From positions 18,365 through 82,364 of the forward strand of contig CAXSFI010000001.1 of the NCBI GenBank assembly GCA_964236675.1: a DNA stretch of 64,000 nt, in the 5' to 3' direction. Numbering within the stretch: position 1 is the first letter of the stretch; every line of letters begins with the position of its first letter. Made by a program: the position numbers and the translations under genes. This DNA is from an uncultured bacterium (GTDB taxonomy: Bacteria; Patescibacteriota; Saccharimonadia; Saccharimonadales; UBA4665). A model generated the notes under the pieces. That model made no database searches. It saw only the letters and a program-made list of their open reading frames with translations, and was not told the DNA's origin. Positions 9,691-17,718 of this stretch are shown piece by piece.

Positions 9691-10695
9691 CTATTTTTTT
9701 AGGCGAGCATTGGACTGCTTCATGCGGTCGGTTTCGTCTTCTATTTCGTGACCGACAATCTCTTCGATCAAGTCTTCGATAGTTACAATTCCAATAATCT
9801 CATCATCGCGCTCGATAGGGATCAAGTGCGTGCCAGCTGAGATGAATTTACGAAACATGGTGTCGAGTGCCGTCATACTACCAACTAGTTGAGTCGGGTA
9901 GAGAATCATGTCTTCCACTTTAAAATTGTTTTCATCGAAATCTATATCAACCAGATCTTTCATCAGCAGTACGCCATAGCACTTCGTCAGCTGAGCGTTG
10001 AAAATGGGGATACGGCTGAAGCCCTTAGCTTTTATCTCATCTATGCGGGCGTCGTCGAGCAGGGTCTGGGGCTCCAGCCAGTAAGTGTGGCGAATGTCGG
10101 TCAGGATGTCACGAACCCGCTTTTCGCTGAGCGACAGGGCGCCGCGCATGATTTCCACTTCATCGCCGTCGAGTTCACTGGAAGTATTGGTTAGATGCTC
10201 GCCAATCAGCAGGCCTAATTCCTGACGGCTCTGGAGTTTGGTGCGCTGCCGAGGGAACAGTTTATCTAGTAGGAGTTGCAGCGGTTTGCTGACGACGAAC
10301 GTCACTACAATCATAATTTTGAGCATGAAGCTAAAGCGGCTCGACCATAGCAGCGGGTTCTTGCTAAACAGGGCCTGAGGGATGACCTCGCCGAAAACCA
10401 CAATAAGTAGCGTGCTAACCAAGCCAGCGAGGATACCTTCGAGGCGACTATCCAATACTAAGGTAGTGGCTGAGACCACTGCCACATTGGTTAGTAAAAT
10501 ACTGGCTAGCAACAGGTGCGTGTTGCGGCGCAGTGGCAGTACTCGTTGAGCATGCTTGCTGCCAAGTTTAGCTTTGCGGCGCAAGTCTGGCAGATCCAGA
10601 GACATGACCGCGACATTCAGCCCGGAACAAATAGCTGACAACAGTATGAGCGCAGCGACCTCGGCAATAATTAGCACAGTATTGGTATCGTTCAT
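9691..10695 (-). CDS. CNNM/DUF21 plus CBS-pair membrane protein (hemolysin-family, putative divalent cation efflux)
   Basis: 334 aa. N-terminal 4-TM DUF21-like region, then CBS-like repeats (IPIFN.., IGIVTIEDLIEEIVG). Lacks a CorC_HlyC tail. Confidence 0.85.
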   Translation of the reverse strand: MNDTNTVLIIAEVAALILLSAICSGLNVAVMSLDLPDLRRKAKLGSKHAQRVLPLRRNTHLLLASILLTNVAVVSATTLVLDSRLEGILAGLVSTLLIVVFGEVIPQALFSKNPLLWSSRFSFMLKIMIVVTFVVSKPLQLLLDKLFPRQRTKLQSRQELGLLIGEHLTNTSSELDGDEVEIMRGALSLSEKRVRDILTDIRHTYWLEPQTLLDDARIDEIKAKGFSRIPIFNAQLTKCYGVLLMKDLVDIDFDENNFKVEDMILYPTQLVGSMTALDTMFRKFISAGTHLIPIERDDEIIGIVTIEDLIEEIVGHEIEDETDRMKQSNARLKK

Positions 10696-10723
10696 CTAGT
10701 TACTTATATGGTAGCATAAGTCG

Positions 10724-11731
10724 ATGCGACATTTCAGTATCTCACTTATCATAACTGTCTTGTCCGTTATAGGGGCCGGCCTGTTTTTGGGCTTGGGAGC
10801 GGCCATCACTACGCTGATCCTGATAGCCATAGAAATTGCTTTTAGCTTTGACAATGCCATTATTAATGCCAAGGTCTTGGCGCGGCTTAGCCCGACCTGG
10901 CAACGGTTATTTCTGACTATTGGCATGGTCATCGCCATCGTCGGTATGCGCTTCGTGTTTCCGATACTGATTGTCATGGTGACGGCTCATCTGCCATGGA
11001 GCCAGGTGCTACAATACGCGTTACATGATCCCCAGCGCTATGCGCAGCACCTTGAAAAAGCCCACACCAGCATTTCGGCTTTTGGCGGCGGCTTCCTGCT
11101 GACACTGGCGCTGTATTTTCTGTTTGATGACAAACGCCGCGAACTGTGGCTGGTGCGAATCGAGCGGCCCCTGCAGCGCCTGGGAGGCAGCTTTTGGTTG
11201 CCGCCGGTATTGGCTGCGGTAGTGGTTATAGTCGCCGCCTCGCTGCATGCCGACACTGCGGCAGTGCTTATGGCTGGACTGCTTGGGGTGGGCGGCTACA
11301 GCCTTATCAATGGCTTCATCATTGCTCTCGGCAGATTGACGGGCCAGGCTGGTAGTGGTGCCCAGTACGTCGGCTGGGGCGCTTTCGTCGCTTTCATGTA
11401 TTTGCAGGTACTGGATGCCAGCTTTAGTTTTGACGGCGTGCTGGGGGCCTTTGCTATTACCGACAAAGTTGTTTTGATCGCTCTCGGTCTGGGCGTCGGC
11501 GCCTTGTGGGTACGCAGCCTGACGGTCTATATGGTGCAGCGCGGCACGCTCGATGAATATATCTACTTAGAGCATGGTGCTCATTATGCCATTCTGGCAC
11601 TGGCGGCTGCATTGTTACTCAGTCTATTCATTGAGATCCCCGATGCCATCACCGGAATTGTGGGCCTGGGCGTCATTGGTGCTTCGTTTCAGGCCTCAGT
11701 GCAGGCTAAGCGTGGCCCATCCCGGAGTTAA
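10724..11731 (+). CDS. DUF475 family integral membrane protein
   Basis: 335 aa. Duplicated SFDNAIINAKVL / SFSFDGVLGAFAIT motifs in a polytopic membrane protein. Confidence 0.65.
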   Translation: MRHFSISLIITVLSVIGAGLFLGLGAAITTLILIAIEIAFSFDNAIINAKVLARLSPTWQRLFLTIGMVIAIVGMRFVFPILIVMVTAHLPWSQVLQYALHDPQRYAQHLEKAHTSISAFGGGFLLTLALYFLFDDKRRELWLVRIERPLQRLGGSFWLPPVLAAVVVIVAASLHADTAAVLMAGLLGVGGYSLINGFIIALGRLTGQAGSGAQYVGWGAFVAFMYLQVLDASFSFDGVLGAFAITDKVVLIALGLGVGALWVRSLTVYMVQRGTLDEYIYLEHGAHYAILALAAALLLSLFIEIPDAITGIVGLGVIGASFQASVQAKRGPSRS

Positions 11732-11734
11732 GCA

Positions 11735-12322
11735 GTGGCTGATCCCTATGCGTTTCTAGCAAAATCAGCGGCCGAGGTGGCTCCACGCCTGCTGGGTTGC
11801 TTACTGGTCCGCGAGCTGGATGGACAACTACTGACAGGCAGGATCGTCGAGACAGAAGCCTATGACCAGACAGATACCGCCAGTCACAGCTACCGTGGCC
11901 GAACCCCACGCACCGATGTCATGTTCGGCCCGGCCGGCCACTTATACGTTTACTTTACCTACGGTATGCACTATTGCTGCAATGTTGTGACGGGCCAGAC
12001 CGGTGAAGGCAGTGCTGTTTTGATCCGGGCCATCGAGCCACTGGAAGGCCTGGACATGATGCGCCACCACCGCGGACGCCCCCTGCCAGATGGTCAGCTG
12101 ACCAATGGTCCGGCTAAGCTCTGCCAAGCACTGGCGATTGATAAAACCTGGAACGGCCATGATCTACGCTTTGCGCCGTTTCAGCTGGTAATCCGAGACC
12201 CAGTACCAGCTGCTGACATCGTGACTACCACCCGCATCGGCATATCACAAGCCCGTGATCAACCGTGGCGATTCTACCTGCGAGATAATAGTTTTGTGTC
12301 CCGGCCAGCGGTCAACAGTTAA
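11735..12322 (+). CDS. mpg: DNA-3-methyladenine glycosylase (AAG/Mpg family)
   Basis: 195 aa, GTG start. GRIVETEAYDQTDTASHSYRGRTPRTDVMFGPAGHLYVYFTYGMHYCCNVV is a classic Mpg block. Confidence 0.9.
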   Translation: MADPYAFLAKSAAEVAPRLLGCLLVRELDGQLLTGRIVETEAYDQTDTASHSYRGRTPRTDVMFGPAGHLYVYFTYGMHYCCNVVTGQTGEGSAVLIRAIEPLEGLDMMRHHRGRPLPDGQLTNGPAKLCQALAIDKTWNGHDLRFAPFQLVIRDPVPAADIVTTTRIGISQARDQPWRFYLRDNSFVSRPAVNS

Positions 12323-12398
12323 AAAACGTTGTGCAAAAATGCTTGCAATTACTCGGTCTTAGGCATAAGCTAAATGATAGGAAGTGTGAGGCTTCCGC

Positions 12399-12428
12399 GA
12401 TCCGAGGCTTAGGTCTCGGATCTTTTTT
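12399..12428 (+). terminator. Rho-independent terminator
   Basis: GATCCGAG(12399-12406) / CTCGGATC(12415-12422), 8 bp perfect stem, 8 nt loop, then TTTTTT (12423-12428). Confidence 0.7.
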
Positions 12429-12525
12429 ATGCTTAAGTACTATAAGCTTGCAGAAGCTGGACGCATCTTTGTGCCCTTTTTCATGTTCACTGTCACCAGA
12501 TTCGCATAGCTGTTAAACTATAAGC

Positions 12526-13584
12526 ATGATTATCGCCGTTATTGCCTTGGGTTTTTTGGTACTAGTGCTCCTTATATTGGTGCTTAAGAAGCCGGCAGCG
12601 CCGGTGACAGATACTAACGCTGCCTTGCTGCTTAAAGCCGATATGACCGAGCTGAATAACAGTGTGACGGCGCTGAAAGATGGCTTGCAGCAGCAAATGA
12701 CCGAACAGATGGGTAACAGCGCTAAAAGCATGCAGGCCCAATGGGCTTCCAGTAATAAAATTCTGACCGAAGTCACGCAGCGCCTGACGGAATTAGACAA
12801 GACCAATAAGAATGTCGGCGATATCGCCTCGGAGCTCAAGACGCTGCAAAACGTGCTGCAAAATCCTAAGCAGCGTGGCGTGCTGGGCGAATTTTACCTC
12901 GAGCAAATCCTCAAGAACATCTTGTCGCCGGGTGCTTTCGAGCTGCAGTTCAAAATCGCTGAAGGCATGATTGTCGATGCTGTCATCAAGCTCGATGACC
13001 GGATCCTGCCGGTCGATAGTAAATTTTCATTAGAGAACTATAATCGCTTGATCGATGCCAAAGAGGCCGATCGGGAGCCGCTGGAAAAGCTTTTCAAAAC
13101 TGACATCAAGAACCGCATTGATGAAACTTCCAAATACATTTTGCCTGGCAAGGGCACGCTCGATCAGGCGTTGATGTTTATCCCGTCAGAAGCTATCTAT
13201 TATGATCTGTTGGCCAACAAGGTCGGCCTGGCCGCAGTCAGCGGCCGCAATCTCATCCAGTATGCTTCGGAGAAGAAAGTGACCATTGTTGGCCCTTCGA
13301 CACTGTCAGCCATGCTCCAGACCATCATGCAGGGCCTGCGCTCGATGGAGATTCACAAAGACACCGAGAAAATCCGCAAAAACATCGAGCAACTCCAGAA
13401 ACATCTGATAGCCCACAATACCTATATGGGCAAGCTCGGTATCAGCCTCGGCACTACTGTCGGCCACTTCAACACCACCTACAAAGAGCTCGGCAAAATC
13501 GACCGCGACATCGTCAAGATCGCCGATACTGAACCCAGTGTCGAACCATTAATAGTAGACCGACCAACCTTACTCGAAGATTAA
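12526..13584 (+). CDS. rmuC: DNA recombination protein RmuC
   Basis: 352 aa. N-terminal TM, coiled coil, and PKQRGVLGEFYLEQIL ... MFIPSEAIYYD typical of RmuC. Confidence 0.9.
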   Translation: MIIAVIALGFLVLVLLILVLKKPAAPVTDTNAALLLKADMTELNNSVTALKDGLQQQMTEQMGNSAKSMQAQWASSNKILTEVTQRLTELDKTNKNVGDIASELKTLQNVLQNPKQRGVLGEFYLEQILKNILSPGAFELQFKIAEGMIVDAVIKLDDRILPVDSKFSLENYNRLIDAKEADREPLEKLFKTDIKNRIDETSKYILPGKGTLDQALMFIPSEAIYYDLLANKVGLAAVSGRNLIQYASEKKVTIVGPSTLSAMLQTIMQGLRSMEIHKDTEKIRKNIEQLQKHLIAHNTYMGKLGISLGTTVGHFNTTYKELGKIDRDIVKIADTEPSVEPLIVDRPTLLED

Positions 13585-13593
13585 TGCTGCAGC

Positions 13594-14919
13594 TTAGCTC
13601 TGCGATTTGAGCAGATCGATGATCAGGGCAGCAGTCCATGAGAACTCGGTGGCACCGGCCGGCTCGCCGGTCAGGGCATCAAAGTATTCGTAGGCACCAG
13701 AGCGCCCGACCATCTCCAGGCTACTTTCGGTCAGGACATCGGCGTGGGCATTGTAGCCGTAGCGTCGCAGGCCCTGGATGATCAGCCAGTTCATGTTAAC
13801 CCAGGTTGGCCCTTGCCAGTACAGCTTGGAACGGAACCAGGGCGAATCTATCGGCACGCTGGGTACGGGATAGGCTGGCCCAAAACCATGTTCCTGCTCG
13901 AGGAGCCTAACTAGTTGGGCGGCCCGAGCTTTGCTGATGTGTCCTGCATATAGCGGCAGCAGGGTAGACACCGTCGGGATTTTGAGTAGCCGGTGGGTAA
14001 TAAAATCACGCGAGTAATACTGGCCGGAATATTCATCCCACAGTTGATCAAATACGGTTTCGGTACGGCGCATGCGTTCCTGCAGTTCATCAGGAATTTC
14101 TTCGCGTAAACTTTTGGCAATCGCCATCAAGTGACGATTGGCCCGAATCAGGATGCTGTTAAAAGCCAGATCCTCGATAGCGAACAGCCCGTGGTCAAGA
14201 ATCCGGTTGATGTCATAGGCCTTGCGACGCAGGCGCAATTGAGCATCGAACAGGGTTATGGCCTCAATGGTCGAAAAACGCTGATCCATCGGCACTGTCT
14301 GGGTGTCACGCCGAAACAGTGTGATCACACGGTCGAATTTAGACTTCTCGATCATGCGAATCCACAACGGCATCAGGTGCTCATGCATTTCAGCCATCCA
14401 TGGTGGCGAGTTGTCGAGCCCGGTTTCCCAAGGATGAATCTGTAGTGTCAGACCTTCGTGATGTGGATCTCGTTCGTTATAGAGCCACTCGTGATAGTGC
14501 AGCAGCGCCGGCCACATTTTGGCGTACCAGACTCTGCGTTCCGGCCATTCCAGCTGGGCACCGACCTGGACGACTGCCTCGGCCAGCATCGGTGGCTGGG
14601 TGATGCCAGTAGTGGCGACATTGCTGGGTGCCGATGGGTTGACCCAGCTTCGCCAGATGTTCCTATCTGTTCTGTACCTCGCTTCCGGCCGGAAGATGAT
14701 GTTGGGCAGCATGCCGTTATGCCACTGGCCGCGTAGCAGGCTGAGCAGCTCGCGCTGAGCTCGCGCCACGTCTGTATGCGCCCAACCAATAGCCGTAAAA
14801 CAACTGTCCCACAGCCACTGGTGCGGATACAGCCCATGAGCCGGCTGCGTGTAGTCGCCGCGATCATTCATGGTCAGCACAGCGGTCATTTGCTCGAGTA
14901 GTTCAGGGTATTCCTGCAT
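13594..14919 (-). CDS. GH63-like six-hairpin glycoside hydrolase (glucosylglycerate/mannosylglycerate hydrolase-like)
   Basis: 441 aa. GLYPHQWLWDSCFTAIGW, TGITQPPMLA and HPWETGLDNSPPW blocks resemble MGH/GgH-type GH63 enzymes. Confidence 0.6.
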   Translation of the reverse strand: MQEYPELLEQMTAVLTMNDRGDYTQPAHGLYPHQWLWDSCFTAIGWAHTDVARAQRELLSLLRGQWHNGMLPNIIFRPEARYRTDRNIWRSWVNPSAPSNVATTGITQPPMLAEAVVQVGAQLEWPERRVWYAKMWPALLHYHEWLYNERDPHHEGLTLQIHPWETGLDNSPPWMAEMHEHLMPLWIRMIEKSKFDRVITLFRRDTQTVPMDQRFSTIEAITLFDAQLRLRRKAYDINRILDHGLFAIEDLAFNSILIRANRHLMAIAKSLREEIPDELQERMRRTETVFDQLWDEYSGQYYSRDFITHRLLKIPTVSTLLPLYAGHISKARAAQLVRLLEQEHGFGPAYPVPSVPIDSPWFRSKLYWQGPTWVNMNWLIIQGLRRYGYNAHADVLTESSLEMVGRSGAYEYFDALTGEPAGATEFSWTAALIIDLLKSQS

Positions 14920-14951
14920 ATGCTTTTAAGTATAGCTTACTCGGCCTAACT

Positions 14952-15695
14952 GTGGTCATAATATTGATGAAGAAACCTATTTGTGCTATCGTAAAATTGA
15001 TTATGACGTATCCTGAAAATTATCCTGGCAATGCTGCCGTTGCCAAGCAACTGGCTCGTCTGACCATTATGCAGACTGCCTGCAATCTGACGCCGAGCAT
15101 CACCAACACATCTTCTGCCAGCCTCGGTGAGTACGGGCCTCTGGAATACTTGCTGTCCGAGCAAGTCGGTCCGGCAGATGTCTGGCAGACTCATCCGGCG
15201 TATTGGGCACTGATGGCACGCAAGCTCGACAACTCGATCGTATCACCAGACACAGATGCTGATGACGTGACTGATCGCCTGGAGCAGATGGTCGCAACCG
15301 TCGACATAGATGATGTGCCGCTGCCCGCGTCCCGGACAGCCGCGCTTGAAAAATATATTGCCAAAAAAGCCCGACATCAGGCGGTGACGACTGTCGGCTT
15401 GCTGGTCATTAATGCCGTGCCAATCGCTGTTGAAGCAGCTTACGCTTATCGCCGTTGCCAATTAACAGTGCCGCTCGATCGCATGGTAGATGACAACCGT
15501 CCGGCAATCGACAGTGCCTACCGAAGTTATATGAGTCGGGTTATGGTGGAAAGTCTAGGACAAGCCTATGAGCAGCTTGAAGGATTAGCCGCTAACCGTG
15601 CTGTGCTCGTGCACGATGCCGAGATTTCACCGGCCCAGCAGTGGTGGCAACAGCTCAACAGTGACCTGTTAGCTTTTCAGATTGCGCACATCTAG
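14952..15695 (+). CDS. Hypothetical protein (start uncertain, possibly ATG 15003)
   Basis: Only long ORF in this interval on either strand. No motif recognised. Confidence 0.4.
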   Translation: MVIILMKKPICAIVKLIMTYPENYPGNAAVAKQLARLTIMQTACNLTPSITNTSSASLGEYGPLEYLLSEQVGPADVWQTHPAYWALMARKLDNSIVSPDTDADDVTDRLEQMVATVDIDDVPLPASRTAALEKYIAKKARHQAVTTVGLLVINAVPIAVEAAYAYRRCQLTVPLDRMVDDNRPAIDSAYRSYMSRVMVESLGQAYEQLEGLAANRAVLVHDAEISPAQQWWQQLNSDLLAFQIAHI

Positions 15696-15701
15696 AGTCG
15701 C

Positions 15702-16199
15702 TTAACGATAGTTGTTGAAGCTGAGCGGGAAGTCGAAGTCGGCGCCGCGCAGTAGCTGCATAACCTGCTGCAGATCATCTTTACTGGCGCTCATGACGCG
15801 CACAGCGTCGCCCTGAATCTGGGGTTTGACTTTAGGGAACTGCTCGCGGACAAGGGCAGTAATCTTCTTAGCCTTTTCTTGATCGAGGCCTTGTTTGAAG
15901 ACAATTTCTTGCGTGGTTTTCATGTTGCTTTCTACGAGCTCAGCCGAAGTGTCGAGGAGCTTTTGACTCTGTTCACGGGCGGCCAGCTTCTTACGAACGA
16001 TGTCTAGTATTGCCTCGATTTGCCATTCACCGTTGCCAGTAATCTTGATGCCGGCTTTGTCACCGCTCAGCCATTCGATGGCGGCGGGAGTGCCTTTAAA
16101 GTCATAGCGCGAGCCTATCTCACGCTGCGCCTGGTCAAAGACATTGTTCATTTCAGCCTTATCGAACTCGCTGACTACATCAAAAGAAAAATTTGCCAT
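15702..16199 (-). CDS. yajQ: YajQ family nucleotide (cyclic-di-GMP) binding protein
   Basis: MANFSFDVVSEFDKAEMNNVFDQAQREIGSRYDFKG is the UPF0234/YajQ signature. ATG 16199 preferred over the upstream GTG 16214 because TATACT (minus strand, 16206-16211) lies 6 nt upstream of it. Confidence 0.9.
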   Translation of the reverse strand: MANFSFDVVSEFDKAEMNNVFDQAQREIGSRYDFKGTPAAIEWLSGDKAGIKITGNGEWQIEAILDIVRKKLAAREQSQKLLDTSAELVESNMKTTQEIVFKQGLDQEKAKKITALVREQFPKVKPQIQGDAVRVMSASKDDLQQVMQLLRGADFDFPLSFNNYR

Positions 16200-16252
16200 A
16201 CTAGCAGTATACACTGTTCAGTTCGCATCGACCTCTGATATACTTGAGCAGT

Positions 16253-17308
16253 ATGAATTACCAGAACCCTCAAATTGCCGAAACGGCTGAGCTACTACAA
16301 CAGCGGTTCGCCGAACTTGATAACAAGACTGAGATCTTACGAGCTGTCGAACTCAAAGCACTTTTCGATCAGATACGCACGCTGCCGCCTGAAGAGCGCG
16401 GGGCATTCGGCCAAGAGGTAAACCAGCTGCGCCTGGACTTGCAGGCAATGGTTGATGAAACGACGGATGCTGCTACGGCATTGCCACCGATTGATATTAC
16501 AGCACCGTTTGATAGCAATGTTACTGCCGGCCAGCGCCCAGCCTTATTGCCAAGTGAAAATGGCAGTATCCATCCATTAATGTCGGAGCTGGCGACCGTG
16601 CTGGATATCTTCTACCGTATGGGTTTCACGGCTGTCGAGTCACGCGAGATCGATGATGACTTTCATATGTTTGGCGCGCTGAACTTCCCCGAAGGCCACC
16701 CGGCCCGCGATGATTATGACACCTTCATGACTGAGCAGACTGATGGCAAAGAAAAGTCTTTTATTGCCCCGGCCCATACTTCGACCATGCAGCACCGCAT
16801 ACTACTGGAGCACAAAGCCGAGCTGGAGCAGGGCACACCGATAGCCGCCGTCATACCCGGCCGGGTTTTTCGTAATGAAGATCTGGACGCTCGCCATGAG
16901 CACACCTTTTACCAGCTGGAAGGTGTCTATGTCGACAAAGGTATCAACGCTGGTCACCTCATCGCTACCCTCAAAACATTTTTACAGACTTATTACGGCA
17001 AACAGTTAGAGGTACGGACCCAGCCATTTTATTTCCCATTCACCGAGCCATCATTTGAGTTTGCCATGAGCTGTCCGTTTTGTGACAAGCAAGGTTGCGC
17101 TATCTGCTCGCAATCTGGCTGGATCGAGCTGCTGGGCTGCGGCATGATCCACCCCTATGTACTGCGTGAAGCCGGCATCGACACCAATATCTACACCGGC
17201 TTTGCCTGGGGCATGGGCATCGAGCGCCTGGTCATGATGAAACATAACATCGAGGATATCCGCTACTTTGAGTCAGGCCGACTGGATTTCCTGAGGCAGT
17301 TCTCATGA
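16253..17308 (+). CDS. pheS: Phenylalanine--tRNA ligase alpha subunit
   Basis: Class II aaRS motifs (FRNEDLDARHEHTFYQLEG, GFAWGMGIERL). ATG 16253 preferred because TTG 16244 overlaps a TATACT box at 16239-16244. Confidence 0.95.
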   Translation: MNYQNPQIAETAELLQQRFAELDNKTEILRAVELKALFDQIRTLPPEERGAFGQEVNQLRLDLQAMVDETTDAATALPPIDITAPFDSNVTAGQRPALLPSENGSIHPLMSELATVLDIFYRMGFTAVESREIDDDFHMFGALNFPEGHPARDDYDTFMTEQTDGKEKSFIAPAHTSTMQHRILLEHKAELEQGTPIAAVIPGRVFRNEDLDARHEHTFYQLEGVYVDKGINAGHLIATLKTFLQTYYGKQLEVRTQPFYFPFTEPSFEFAMSCPFCDKQGCAICSQSGWIELLGCGMIHPYVLREAGIDTNIYTGFAWGMGIERLVMMKHNIEDIRYFESGRLDFLRQFS

Positions 17309-17718
17309 TGCAGCCATTCCTCGACTTCCTAAAAGATGAAAAATATTGTGTTATCTCGACGGCCAGCCCTGATGGCCAACCCGAAGCTGCGTGGGTGGCG
17401 TTTTCTGAAAATGATCAGCTGGAGATCATGATCGGTACTTCAGACCAATCACGTAAGTTTCAGAACCTGACGGTTAATCCGAAGGTAGCCATCGTGTTCT
17501 GTTTTGACGGCCAATCAACTATGCAGTATGAGGGTGTAGCCCAAGTGATTGCTGATGCCGACTTGCCGCCGCTACTGGAATCGCATCTGGTCAAACAACC
17601 TACGTCCGCCCGTTATGCACAAGATCCGACTCAAAAATACCTATTAATAAAACCGGTCTGGGCCCGCATCTCGCAAAGTGGCCCCAGGGTCCTGGAAGAG
17701 ATAAGGTTCGACATATGA
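17305..17718 (+). CDS. Pyridoxamine 5'-phosphate oxidase-like FMN-binding split-barrel protein
   Basis: 137 aa. CVISTASPDGQPEAAWVAF..., NLTVNPKVAIVF pattern of the PNPOx-like family. ATGA overlaps with pheS and pheT. Confidence 0.65.
   Translation: MMQPFLDFLKDEKYCVISTASPDGQPEAAWVAFSENDQLEIMIGTSDQSRKFQNLTVNPKVAIVFCFDGQSTMQYEGVAQVIADADLPPLLESHLVKQPTSARYAQDPTQKYLLIKPVWARISQSGPRVLEEIRFDI

Noticed and set aside
12331-12516. 61 aa ORF between mpg and rmuC
   Set aside because: It reads across a strong intrinsic terminator and hairpins. It is Cys/Leu-rich with no RBS or -10 context. The region is better explained as non-coding.
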